In this document: piece after piece, positions 31,155-40,180 of the stretch
How the letters are laid out: each line of letters begins with the position of its first letter
Position numbering within the stretch: position 1 is the stretch's first letter
NCBI GenBank assembly: GCA_018812485.1
Contig: JAHJDO010000033.1
Span: forward strand, 22,435 to 86,434
Reading direction: 5' to 3'
From: a bacterium
Lineage (GTDB): Bacteria > JAHJDO01
Length of the DNA: 64,000 bases
Program-made: the position numbers and the translations under genes
The notes under the pieces: model-generated
The model's database searches: none
The model's input: the letters and a program-made list of their open reading frames with translations, nothing else
What the model was told of the DNA's origin: nothing

Positions 31155-31994
31155 ATGGAAAATGATGGGTTAATGAATAACCAATTATTATGCCGTCTTC
31201 TTTTTACGGGGCGTGCGATTCAGTCAACCACCCGTTATGACTGGCATGGATTAAAGAGAAGAGATCAACCATGCTGTATCATGCAGTATACGATCTCAGG
31301 GAAAGGGCTTTATGAGGATCCAATCGGCTCATTTTCTGTCCCAACAGAACATGCAATGTTATTATCCGTTCCCGAAGAGCATAGGTACCGGTTCCCTGGA
31401 GGGAAAATACCATGGGAATTTATATGGATTGCGTTTACAGGAGAATGTGCACACAAGATATGGAATTCTATAAGAGAAAAATTCGGTTCTATAGTTTATT
31501 TCCCAAAAACAAGTGACCCGATAAAGATTTTATACAATATACACGAAAAATACCAGAAGCACCGTATTTTTAATAGATACACTTCTTCAGAGCTTGTTTA
31601 CCAGCTTCTAATGTCAGTATTAAGGTTCTTGAACGAGCCGTCTGTTCGGAAAAGTCAGAAAATGGCTATCAATAATGCAGCAGGCTTTATAGCAGAACAT
31701 TATATGGAACCGATTGGTGTGGAACAGATAGCAGCACGTTTTGATTATTCAAGAGAACATTTCAGTCGTATATTCAAGAAATATTGTGGGATTTCTCCTT
31801 TTGAGTATCTTCAAAAAAACAGGATTCAGGAGGCGATTTATTTATTAAGAACAGGCACATTAAGTGTTAAAGAGATTGCGAAAAAAGCTGGTTTTGATTC
31901 AGCAAGTTACTTCTGCAGAGTCTTTAGAAAAACTATCAGAATTTCCCCTGCCCAATATCGCAGGCAGAAGAATTTTATTATATCAGATATTTAA
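31155..31994 (+). CDS. AraC-family transcriptional regulator (divergent from the glycosidase operon)
   Basis: 279 aa; C-terminal double HTH IAARFDYSREHFSRIFKKYCGISPFEYLQKNRIQEAIYLL...IAKKAGFDSASYFCRVFRKTIRISPAQYRR. Confidence 0.85.
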   Translation: MENDGLMNNQLLCRLLFTGRAIQSTTRYDWHGLKRRDQPCCIMQYTISGKGLYEDPIGSFSVPTEHAMLLSVPEEHRYRFPGGKIPWEFIWIAFTGECAHKIWNSIREKFGSIVYFPKTSDPIKILYNIHEKYQKHRIFNRYTSSELVYQLLMSVLRFLNEPSVRKSQKMAINNAAGFIAEHYMEPIGVEQIAARFDYSREHFSRIFKKYCGISPFEYLQKNRIQEAIYLLRTGTLSVKEIAKKAGFDSASYFCRVFRKTIRISPAQYRRQKNFIISDI

Positions 31995-32900
31995 AATATC
32001 TTTTATTTTATCCAGAGAAAGGTTGTCTGTTTTAACAATCTTTGCATTCTCACCTCTTGGTCCCCAGATATTTGGATCTGTCTTGCTAAAAAGCGCTACT
32101 GTTTTAATGCCAACTGCTGCAGCAAGATGAGTAATGCCTGAATCATTTCCTATGTACCAGTTACATCTGGCAATTAATGAAGCTAGGTTAACCAGTTCAA
32201 TATGTTTAGCAATAACAAACTTTTCATCAAGCAGAAGGTTTTTGCATTCTCCTATAATTTGTTCATCTGCCTCTCCACAGATAATTAAAACTTTACCATG
32301 TTTATCCATCCACCAGTTTATTACGTTTGCAAAGTTCTGAACATCCCAGCATTTTTTTAGAGAACCACTACCAGGATGAACAGCTAACACTTTATCCACC
32401 AATTTATTATCAGCAAAAAAACTGTTTGCCCAGTCCTTGTGTTCATCTTTTAAGAATATTTGTGGACGATTAATATCAATTTTTATTCCGAGGTTTTTTA
32501 CAGGGATTAATAGATAATCTATGATATGCTGTTTTGTTTGAGTATCAGGAAAAGACGCATGAAAAATAATTTTCTTTTTGTTCACTCTTTCTAAATTTTC
32601 CTGAAAGATGCCCTCTTTATCAGGGAGGTAGGATAATATCAAATCAAAAGATTTAAAATAATCTTTCATTATGCTAACGTTACCTCCCTGCAGGAAAAAT
32701 TGACTTATAGCAGCCTGATCTATAGAATATGCAGAATTTGCATAAAACTTATTTTCTACCAGTTTAAAAAATCTGAGATGCGTCATTACTTCAATATAGG
32801 AGTTTGAGTAGCATTTTCGGAGAGCATATATGGCAGGTAAAGTCAATATAAAATCCCCAATCCCTCCGCCTCTTATGATGAGGATACGGTCAGAATTCAT
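31983..32900 (-). CDS. Glycosyltransferase family 9 (ADP-heptose:LPS heptosyltransferase-like)
   Basis: Starts at ATG 32900 (MNSDRILIIRGGGIGDFILTLPAIYALRKCY, GT9 signature); the track's longer N-terminus would overlap the upstream lipoprotein gene. Confidence 0.7.
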   Translation of the reverse strand: MNSDRILIIRGGGIGDFILTLPAIYALRKCYSNSYIEVMTHLRFFKLVENKFYANSAYSIDQAAISQFFLQGGNVSIMKDYFKSFDLILSYLPDKEGIFQENLERVNKKKIIFHASFPDTQTKQHIIDYLLIPVKNLGIKIDINRPQIFLKDEHKDWANSFFADNKLVDKVLAVHPGSGSLKKCWDVQNFANVINWWMDKHGKVLIICGEADEQIIGECKNLLLDEKFVIAKHIELVNLASLIARCNWYIGNDSGITHLAAAVGIKTVALFSKTDPNIWGPRGENAKIVKTDNLSLDKIKDILNI

Positions 32901-32905
32901 ATTTT

Positions 32906-33508
32906 TTAACCGTCTTTTCTCCAAACCCTCTTCAATAAATCGGCAAAAGAAGTAATTATTTCTCTTGCATCTTCTTTTATAAGGAAATTTGGGTCTCCAC
33001 CTGCTATAGATTCCCAACCTGTTCCTATTAGGAAGTCTTTATACTTTGAGACGATAGTATTTGTTTTTGCATCCTTTAATTTTATTTCCAGCAAAATTTT
33101 TGTTTTGCCAAAACCCAGAAAACCAAGATGAGATCTCCATGACTGGTTTCCATAATCAACTGTGAAATTGGATGTAACTTTTAACACATCAGGTTTGTTT
33201 AGCACATTTTTATCGTATGTAACACGTTTGAAAAGACCGGCTCTCTCAAAAACTATACCAATTTGGCCTTTTATATATTTCTGAATTATTTGATCGTCTG
33301 CTGTTAGGTTTTTACCGTTTTTTTCTGGCCTCTGTATATATGCTATTTCATAATTTTTAAGCTTAACGCGTGGATTTATATAGAATTTTGCATCTGGCTT
33401 ATAGGAATTTCTGATGAGACATCTTTGCGTGGAACATCCAGAGATAAATACGGCAGGCAATAAAAGACACAGACAAAGAAGAAAAATCCTAAATCTGAAA
33501 TTTATCAT
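32906..33508 (-). CDS. Hypothetical lipoprotein
   Basis: 200 aa; signal peptide with lipobox MINFRFRIFLLCLCLLLPAVFISGC. Confidence 0.5.
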   Translation of the reverse strand: MINFRFRIFLLCLCLLLPAVFISGCSTQRCLIRNSYKPDAKFYINPRVKLKNYEIAYIQRPEKNGKNLTADDQIIQKYIKGQIGIVFERAGLFKRVTYDKNVLNKPDVLKVTSNFTVDYGNQSWRSHLGFLGFGKTKILLEIKLKDAKTNTIVSKYKDFLIGTGWESIAGGDPNFLIKEDAREIITSFADLLKRVWRKDG

Positions 33509-33897
33509 TTTATTTTAACCAGTACTCTCCTTGTTCTTGGTCCATCAAATTCGCAGAAATAGATAGATTGCCATGTCCCAAGCACAAGGTGCCCATTATC
33601 TACAAAAACTGTTTTGTTGCAGCCTACCATACTTGACTTTATATGAGCTGGAGAATTGCCCTCCATATGGTGATATTTGCCTTCATAAGGGACACATCTG
33701 TCCAGCCCGTATTCTAGATCCCTCAGAACATCTGGATCAGCTCCCTCGTTTATAGTAACACCAGCTGTAGTATGAGGAATAAATATATGACAGAGCCCAC
33801 TACTTATTCCAGATTCTTTAACTTTATTTTCAATATCTGAAGTGATATTAATAAATTCCTCTCTTTTATGGCTCTTAACAGACAATTCAAAAATCAT
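33505..33897 (-). CDS. yjbQ: YjbQ/UPF0047-family protein (secondary thiamine-phosphate synthase family)
   Basis: Aligns along its length with the YjbQ family (HIFIPHTTAGVTINEGADPDVLRDLE...EGNSPAHIKSSMVGCNKTVFVDNGHLVLGTWQSIYFCEFDGPR). ATG at 33897 gives the canonical ~130 aa (the track's TTG start at 33933 is longer). Confidence 0.75.
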   Translation of the reverse strand: MIFELSVKSHKREEFINITSDIENKVKESGISSGLCHIFIPHTTAGVTINEGADPDVLRDLEYGLDRCVPYEGKYHHMEGNSPAHIKSSMVGCNKTVFVDNGHLVLGTWQSIYFCEFDGPRTRRVLVKIK

Positions 33898-33963
33898 AAA
33901 ATCAACATAACACACAAGTAATTGTTTTTGCAAATTCTTTGCAGCATTGGTAGAATTGCGAAT

Positions 33964-36099
33964 ATGGATACAGTCTTAAGTTCCTTAAATCCTGCTCAAA
34001 AAGAAGCTGTTATATATCATAATGCTCCGCTTCTTATACTGGCTGGGGCCGGCAGCGGCAAGACACGCGTACTGACTCATAGGATTGCATACTTTATTAA
34101 GAAAGGTGTAAGTCCCTCTACCATGATAGCAGTAACATTTACAAATAAGGCTGCAGAGGAGATGCGGAAACGTATCAGCTCTCTTGTATCCGAATCTTTT
34201 AAAAGGGAACTGTGGATAGGCACATTCCACTCTGTTTGTCTTAGAATTCTGAAGAGCGAAAAGATAGTGCCGGATTTCATAATATATGATGAAGCAGACC
34301 AAACTAATCTCATAAAGGAATGCATTAAAAGATTGAATTTAAGCGATAAACAATTTCGACCTAAAGTCGTTCTGGAAAAGATAAGCAGAGCAAAGGATGC
34401 ACTTCTTGATATTGATGAATACAGCGAATTTTGCGGGAATTTTTATGAGAAAAAAGTTGCTGATATTTACAAAGAATATCAAATACGCCTTAAAGAAATA
34501 AAAGCACTTGATTTTGGGGATCTTATAATGAACACAGTTAAGATATTTAATGACTTTCCTGATATTCTGGATAAGTATCGTGGTAAATTCAGGCATATTT
34601 TTGTTGATGAATATCAGGATACAAACCATGCTCAATATGAACTAATTCGGCTTCTTGCTGTTGGATGCGCAAGTATATCTGTTGTAGGAGATCCTGATCA
34701 ATCAATATATAAATGGCGAGGAGCAGATATTTCTAATATCATGAATTTTGAAAGGGATTTTGCAGGAGCTAAGATAATAAAGCTTGAGGAGAATTATCGT
34801 TCAACACAGGCAATTTTATCTGCAGCAAATAGTGTGATTAAAAATAACACAAATAGAAAAGAAAAAAGTTTGTGGACTCGTAATCTTGAAGGAGCTAATC
34901 CAATATATTATCAAGCGTATGATGAAATCGAAGAAGCGAAGTTTATCTCAGAACAAATAAAAAATTTGCTTATAAACAATAAAACCTATAAGAATATTGC
35001 AATATTCTATCGTGTACATGCATTATCAAGACTGCTTGAAGATAGTTTTAGACGCGAAGGGATACCATATAAGATAGTGGGAGGAGTAAGATTTTATGAT
35101 AGAAAAGAAGTTAAGGATATACTTGGATATTTGAGAGTAATTTCAAGCCCGGACGATTTGGTCAATATAAGAAGAATTATCAATCTGCCTCCAAGAGGTA
35201 TTGGAGATACAACGTTAAAAAAGCTGGAGAAGTCTGCGAAAGAAAAGAAGCTACCCCTATTCAGCATCTTGGATAAGATTGCTAACGTTTCTGATTTAAC
35301 TTCAGGAACAAAGAACAAGATAAAATTTTTTGCGAATATTATTAAAAAATATCAGACTTTTAAAGGAAGTATCACTAAAATGGCAAAAGATCTAATAGCA
35401 GAGATAAATTATACAGGTTATCTTCATAGTACAGACCCAGGCACTGCACATGAAAGAGAGGAGAACGTCTTTGGAGTTGTTTCTGCAATTGCAGAATATG
35501 AGGAAAAAGCACAGAATCCACTGCTTAGAGATTTTTTAGATCAGGTTGCACTTTTCTCTAATGTTGATAACTGGGATTCTGAAAGTAATGCAATTACATT
35601 AATGACTGTTCATGGCGCTAAAGGATTGGAATTTCCAGTTTGTTTTATGGCAGGTATGGAAGAGGATATTTTCCCGCACATAAATTCCTCTATTGAGATA
35701 AGTGACCTTGAAGAAGAAAGACGTCTTTGCTATGTAGGTATGACAAGAGCAAAGGAAAAGCTGTATCTCTCGTCAGCTTTAAGAAGAAGGCTTCATGGCA
35801 CATGGAGAAATACCATAACGTCAAGATTTATAGATGAAATTCCCGATAGTTTATTGTTTAAGACGTATAAAAGAACTGAGTTAAATAATTCCATAGACAA
35901 TAGTCTAAGATATGAAAGCTTAGAGGATGATGCGTGTGCATACAAGGTTGGACAGAGAATTATACATCCAAAATGGGGACAGGGGACAGTTGTCAGTAAA
36001 ACAGGGCATGGAGATAGGACAAAGCTTACAGTTCATTTCTGGAAGGAAAATATTAGAAAAACCTTATTAGTTAAATATGCGAATTTGAGGAATATGTAG
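33964..36099 (+). CDS. uvrD: UvrD/PcrA/Rep-family ATP-dependent DNA helicase
   Basis: Walker A LILAGAGSGKTRVLTHRIAYFI, motif II FVDEYQDTN, YRST.. motif ENYRSTQAIL. ATG at 33964 (MDTVLSSLNPAQKEAV) is the likely start. Confidence 0.9.
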   Translation: MDTVLSSLNPAQKEAVIYHNAPLLILAGAGSGKTRVLTHRIAYFIKKGVSPSTMIAVTFTNKAAEEMRKRISSLVSESFKRELWIGTFHSVCLRILKSEKIVPDFIIYDEADQTNLIKECIKRLNLSDKQFRPKVVLEKISRAKDALLDIDEYSEFCGNFYEKKVADIYKEYQIRLKEIKALDFGDLIMNTVKIFNDFPDILDKYRGKFRHIFVDEYQDTNHAQYELIRLLAVGCASISVVGDPDQSIYKWRGADISNIMNFERDFAGAKIIKLEENYRSTQAILSAANSVIKNNTNRKEKSLWTRNLEGANPIYYQAYDEIEEAKFISEQIKNLLINNKTYKNIAIFYRVHALSRLLEDSFRREGIPYKIVGGVRFYDRKEVKDILGYLRVISSPDDLVNIRRIINLPPRGIGDTTLKKLEKSAKEKKLPLFSILDKIANVSDLTSGTKNKIKFFANIIKKYQTFKGSITKMAKDLIAEINYTGYLHSTDPGTAHEREENVFGVVSAIAEYEEKAQNPLLRDFLDQVALFSNVDNWDSESNAITLMTVHGAKGLEFPVCFMAGMEEDIFPHINSSIEISDLEEERRLCYVGMTRAKEKLYLSSALRRRLHGTWRNTITSRFIDEIPDSLLFKTYKRTELNNSIDNSLRYESLEDDACAYKVGQRIIHPKWGQGTVVSKTGHGDRTKLTVHFWKENIRKTLLVKYANLRNM

Positions 36100-36101
36100 T
36101 T

Positions 36102-36881
36102 TTATTCTTCAAACTCCAGGATGTTATAATCTTCGTAAAGATTGAACGCCTGTCTGGAAAGTTTTGCACTGCTCGATAATTCTTTATCTTCCAGATATAC
36201 TGAATAGTCATATCTGCATAATGCAAAAAGCCACTTATCACCAGCTTTTGGATTTTTATCTATAGTTTCTCTAAATGCGTCGAAAGGAATTGCCACCTCA
36301 GCTGTCCAGCCTGCATCTTTATCCTTCCAGGTATTCAATGTCCCATAGACTCGAACCGCACTCTTTAGTCCTGACTCATAAGATTTTGTCCCATCACAAA
36401 AAGGTCTGCCCCTGCTCGGATAAAATATATCCAATAAGATATTCTTAGGACTCAGTTCAAACTCGTACAGATGACGCTTGTCTTTACTTGGCTTGAGAAA
36501 TATTTCTAACACATCTTCACTCCATAGATTACCGTCATGTTCTTCTATCGTTGCCCAGATATCTTTATCCTTTGCTTCTAATGCAACATACAGGTTGTTT
36601 TTGTCCCATAATAGCATGCCGCTTGTTGGGAAAAACGGCTTATTATAAGTCTGCTTCTCATCTCCTTTGTTTAAATGATAAAATCTGATTTTTTTTGCTT
36701 TTTCCCAGCAGAGCTCATTAAAAACTCCATCCAGTTTTATTGTCTCATCGGTATAATGACATATATACTTTCGGACATATTTCTCGGCCTCAGGTTCCGA
36801 ATCCTGCTTAAAGAAACTCCATCCTGTAAGAAAACAAGACAAGGTAAGGATTAATGACGTTATTAACATTTTTCTTTTCAT
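36102..36881 (-). CDS. Secreted hypothetical protein, possibly CBM9-like carbohydrate-binding fold
   Basis: Signal peptide MKRKMLITSLILTLSCFLTGWSF; ...IKLDGVFNELCWEKAKKIRFY... resembles the start of CBM9-like domains. Confidence 0.4.
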   Translation of the reverse strand: MKRKMLITSLILTLSCFLTGWSFFKQDSEPEAEKYVRKYICHYTDETIKLDGVFNELCWEKAKKIRFYHLNKGDEKQTYNKPFFPTSGMLLWDKNNLYVALEAKDKDIWATIEEHDGNLWSEDVLEIFLKPSKDKRHLYEFELSPKNILLDIFYPSRGRPFCDGTKSYESGLKSAVRVYGTLNTWKDKDAGWTAEVAIPFDAFRETIDKNPKAGDKWLFALCRYDYSVYLEDKELSSSAKLSRQAFNLYEDYNILEFEE

Positions 36882-36920
36882 CTGACAAACCTCCTTATAT
36901 TTTCCCTTGCATTTTAGTAG

Positions 36921-38093
36921 TTACTTTCTATTTTTGCAATTTATTTTCTCATAAATCTCCAAGATACGCTTTGCATTGTGTTTCCAGGTATAGTAATTTA
37001 CTATTTTTCGTCTTGCATTAGAACCTAATTTTCCCCTAAGAATAGTATTTTTAGCAAGTTTTATAATATTGGTCAGGAGTTCTTCTTTATCCTCAGGCTT
37101 GATTAATAATATTTCTTTTTCATTTTCAAAGAATCTATTCATTTGGCCTTGTGCCGGGGCAATAGTAGGTTTAGCCATTGCCATATATTCAAAAATTTTA
37201 ACGGGAGAGCTGTAAATACTCATATTGGGAAGAACTGTTATATCCATTGCTGCAATATATGTGGGTATATCGTTATGTGAAACAGCGCCAGTAAAAGTAA
37301 CAATATTCTCTAATTTGTTACTTTTAACAAATTTTTTTAATTTGTGTTCTTCGAATCCCTCTCCGACTATAAGGAAGTGAATATCTGGTATTTGCTGTTT
37401 GCATTTTGCTGCTACATCAAGAAGTAGAGAGAGACCCTGCCTTTTGCTGAGACTTCCAACAAATCCCACAATTTGTTTTTTCTCAAGTTTGTATTTTTTT
37501 CTAATGGGAATCCCGGATATCTTCGGATTGAATTTTTCGGAATCTACACCATCAGGGACTTCAAAAACCTTGTTTTTATCTACCCCTTTTCTGATAACAT
37601 AGTCTCTAAGATTATCTGTCGTTATAATTATTGCCCCAGCGCTTCTGAATATATTATTTTCTACGTATCTGGCTAAAGGTCTGAAATTCAATCTCCGCTT
37701 AGGACCCCGCAAAAGCGCTGCATTAACCTCTAACATAAATGGTATGTTAAATTTTTGAGCTAACTTCATGCCTGCGCTTCCATAAAGCTCATATCGTTCA
37801 TAGATTAAATCTGGCTTTGCATTGTTAAATAGGATCATGGCTTTTTTGTAGAGCTTGCCGCTCGTAATTGCCATTCTTAGATCAGAACCCAATTTCTTTG
37901 ATGTAAATGGGGATACTTCGTGAATCGCATATTGCCCATTTTCATGGTTTTCTGCGCCCTTATTTGTTGCGATTACAGATACTTCGTGATTTAATTTAAT
38001 TAGCGCATTAATAACTTCGCGTATATGAATAGAAGCCCCCTTTACTCCCATTATTGGAATTTGGCTGTCTTCACAGAGGTATGCTATTTTCAT
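36921..38093 (-). CDS. Glycosyltransferase family 4 (GT-B, group 1)
   Basis: 390 aa; C-terminal GT4 region EGFEEHKLKKF...SPVKIFEYMAMAKPTIAP. Confidence 0.8.
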   Translation of the reverse strand: MKIAYLCEDSQIPIMGVKGASIHIREVINALIKLNHEVSVIATNKGAENHENGQYAIHEVSPFTSKKLGSDLRMAITSGKLYKKAMILFNNAKPDLIYERYELYGSAGMKLAQKFNIPFMLEVNAALLRGPKRRLNFRPLARYVENNIFRSAGAIIITTDNLRDYVIRKGVDKNKVFEVPDGVDSEKFNPKISGIPIRKKYKLEKKQIVGFVGSLSKRQGLSLLLDVAAKCKQQIPDIHFLIVGEGFEEHKLKKFVKSNKLENIVTFTGAVSHNDIPTYIAAMDITVLPNMSIYSSPVKIFEYMAMAKPTIAPAQGQMNRFFENEKEILLIKPEDKEELLTNIIKLAKNTILRGKLGSNARRKIVNYYTWKHNAKRILEIYEKINCKNRK

Positions 38094-38097
38094 ATAA

Positions 38098-38490
38098 TCA
38101 GAACCTGTTTATTTGAAACCTGCCTTCATCTATCATTCGAGCAAGTTTTTTCTTCACTAAATACTTTATCCATTTTCTCGTAACAGGGATTATGGCTACT
38201 AATCCAATAAAGTCTGTAATTAAGCCGGGGGTGAGCAAGAGAAGTCCTCCTGCTAGTATCATTATTCCATCCAGAATTTCTTCCTTTGGCATAATACCAA
38301 CAGAAAGCTGATTTTGAACCTCTCTAATTACTGCTAATCCCTGCCATCTTGCAAGTGAAGCGCCAAAAATACCCGTTGTAACAACAATTAAAATTGTATT
38401 TAAGAGGCCAATGTGACGGCCGATTTTTATTAGCAGAACCAGCTCTGTCATTGGAAGAAGCGTAAAGAGCAAAAGCAGGTAAAAGAACAT
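38098..38490 (-). CDS. fxsA: FxsA-family cytoplasmic membrane protein
   Basis: 130 aa; MFFYLLLLFTLLPMTELVLLIKIGRHIGLLNTILIVVTTGIFGASLARWQG follows the FxsA pattern (LLPLLEI.L.I.VG..IG...TLLLI..T...G..L.R.QG). Confidence 0.7.
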   Translation of the reverse strand: MFFYLLLLFTLLPMTELVLLIKIGRHIGLLNTILIVVTTGIFGASLARWQGLAVIREVQNQLSVGIMPKEEILDGIMILAGGLLLLTPGLITDFIGLVAIIPVTRKWIKYLVKKKLARMIDEGRFQINRF

Positions 38491-38509
38491 AGCTAGTTAG
38501 AACAGCAAT

Positions 38510-38962
38510 TCATTTTTTATAGCTTTTAAAGTATTCATCTCTGACATAGTTGCGGATTTTCAGGCGGTCTTCATACAGAACAGATATAAATTCTATTCCG
38601 CATACATCTCTTTTTAAGTCTATCCACACAACTCTGCCAACAGTGTTAATCTCTTCCTTATTTTCGCCATGAATTGAAATTATTAGTTTCAACTCCGTTC
38701 CTTCTTTTATGTTTGCCTTTAAAAGTTCTTTTAAATCCTCGTCTTCCAGGCATAGTCCTCCTTCACAGATATCTTTTGTATGCCCATTATATTCTAATTC
38801 AACAGAATCTAACAGGCCATATTGAACAGGAAGTTCTTTATCAAGCTTGACAATCCCGTATTTTACACTAAACGCTTTCTCAAGCCTGACATACCTTCTT
38901 TTGTCTTCATGTCTCCGTTTCCTGAAAAACATATCACTACTCCCTTTTATTTGGATTACCAC
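38510..38962 (-). CDS. PilZ-domain protein (putative c-di-GMP receptor)
   Basis: 150 aa; RxxxR-type motif RRHEDKRRYVR; DxSxxG-like motif DICEGGLCL. Confidence 0.6.
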   Translation of the reverse strand: MVIQIKGSSDMFFRKRRHEDKRRYVRLEKAFSVKYGIVKLDKELPVQYGLLDSVELEYNGHTKDICEGGLCLEDEDLKELLKANIKEGTELKLIISIHGENKEEINTVGRVVWIDLKRDVCGIEFISVLYEDRLKIRNYVRDEYFKSYKK

Positions 38963-38964
38963 TA

Positions 38965-40086
38965 TTAAGTGTAAAAATCATACAAATTCTCTGTTTTTTC
39001 AACCATTCTGTCAATACTAAAGTTTAACACTCTTTTCTCTGCTTCTTCTCCCATCTTTTTTGCCAGTTCTTGATTATTAATCAGATTGAGACTATATAAA
39101 GCCAGGTCTTCAGGAGATTGAGGCGGGATGATAAATCCTGTTTCTCCATGTTTTACAACTTCACTATTACCTCCAACGTCTGTTACAACAACAGGTTTTC
39201 CAGCAGCCATGGATTCTAGAATTGTTATTGAGAATCCCTCTCTTAAAGAAGTCAGAACAGATATATCTGACATTGCAAGAATTTGTGGAATGTCCTCTCT
39301 CAAACCTGCAAATATTACATTTTTGCTAATCTCCAAATCCTCTGACATACTTCTTAACTGCTTCTTCAGTGGGCCATCACCTACAATTAAAAATTTTACA
39401 TTTAGGTTTTTCTTTCCTATTATTTGGGCTGCTTTTAAAAAGCAAACGTGTCCTTTCTGTTGATGCAAGCGTCCTATTGTAGTTATAACTTTATCATCTG
39501 ATTTTATCCCAAATTCTTCCCTTTTTTTGTTTATATTCACATAAGTTTGAAATTTTGGAATATCAACTCCATTATAAATTGTAATAATTTTATCTTCAGA
39601 TATTCCTATTTTTTTAACATAAAAATCTTTGACTGCCTCAGACACAGCAATAATTTTATTTGTAATTCCTGCTAATACTCTGTCACTCAATCTCTGAGGA
39701 AATTTCTTCCATGAATCAATATTGTGTTCATTAGCTATTATTACTGGTACTACTGCTAATTTGGCAGCTATTCTTCCTGCAAGGTTTGCTCTATATAGAT
39801 GAGTATGTACAATATCTATTTTCATCCTTCTGATAAGAGCAGCAAGTCTTACTATTCCTCCTATATATCTTCCATCAAAATCTAGTCGTGCTCTCATTCT
39901 AAATTTTATAATAGGGATACCTAAAGATTCTATATCATTTGCCAATTTATCTCGTCTAAAAAGACAACATACATAAACTTTATATTTTGTTTTATCTAAT
40001 CTTGGAAGTACGGATGTCAGTGTTCTTTCAACGCCACCCATTTCAAGAGAAGGGACTATGCGGAGAATTCTAACTAGCTTTTTCAT
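38965..40086 (-). CDS. Glycosyltransferase family 4
   Basis: 373 aa; N-terminus VRILRIVPSLEMGGVERTL; C-terminal ...SLREGFSITILESMAAGKPVVVTDVGGNSEVV. Confidence 0.8.
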   Translation of the reverse strand: MKKLVRILRIVPSLEMGGVERTLTSVLPRLDKTKYKVYVCCLFRRDKLANDIESLGIPIIKFRMRARLDFDGRYIGGIVRLAALIRRMKIDIVHTHLYRANLAGRIAAKLAVVPVIIANEHNIDSWKKFPQRLSDRVLAGITNKIIAVSEAVKDFYVKKIGISEDKIITIYNGVDIPKFQTYVNINKKREEFGIKSDDKVITTIGRLHQQKGHVCFLKAAQIIGKKNLNVKFLIVGDGPLKKQLRSMSEDLEISKNVIFAGLREDIPQILAMSDISVLTSLREGFSITILESMAAGKPVVVTDVGGNSEVVKHGETGFIIPPQSPEDLALYSLNLINNQELAKKMGEEAEKRVLNFSIDRMVEKTENLYDFYT

Positions 40087-40180
40087 AGCAGCGTTATTGT
40101 ATAGACAAGTACTAATTTGGTCAAGCTAAGTGACAAACTGAAGCGAAAATGGGTATCGATAAAAGAATGCAGTGCGAAAT

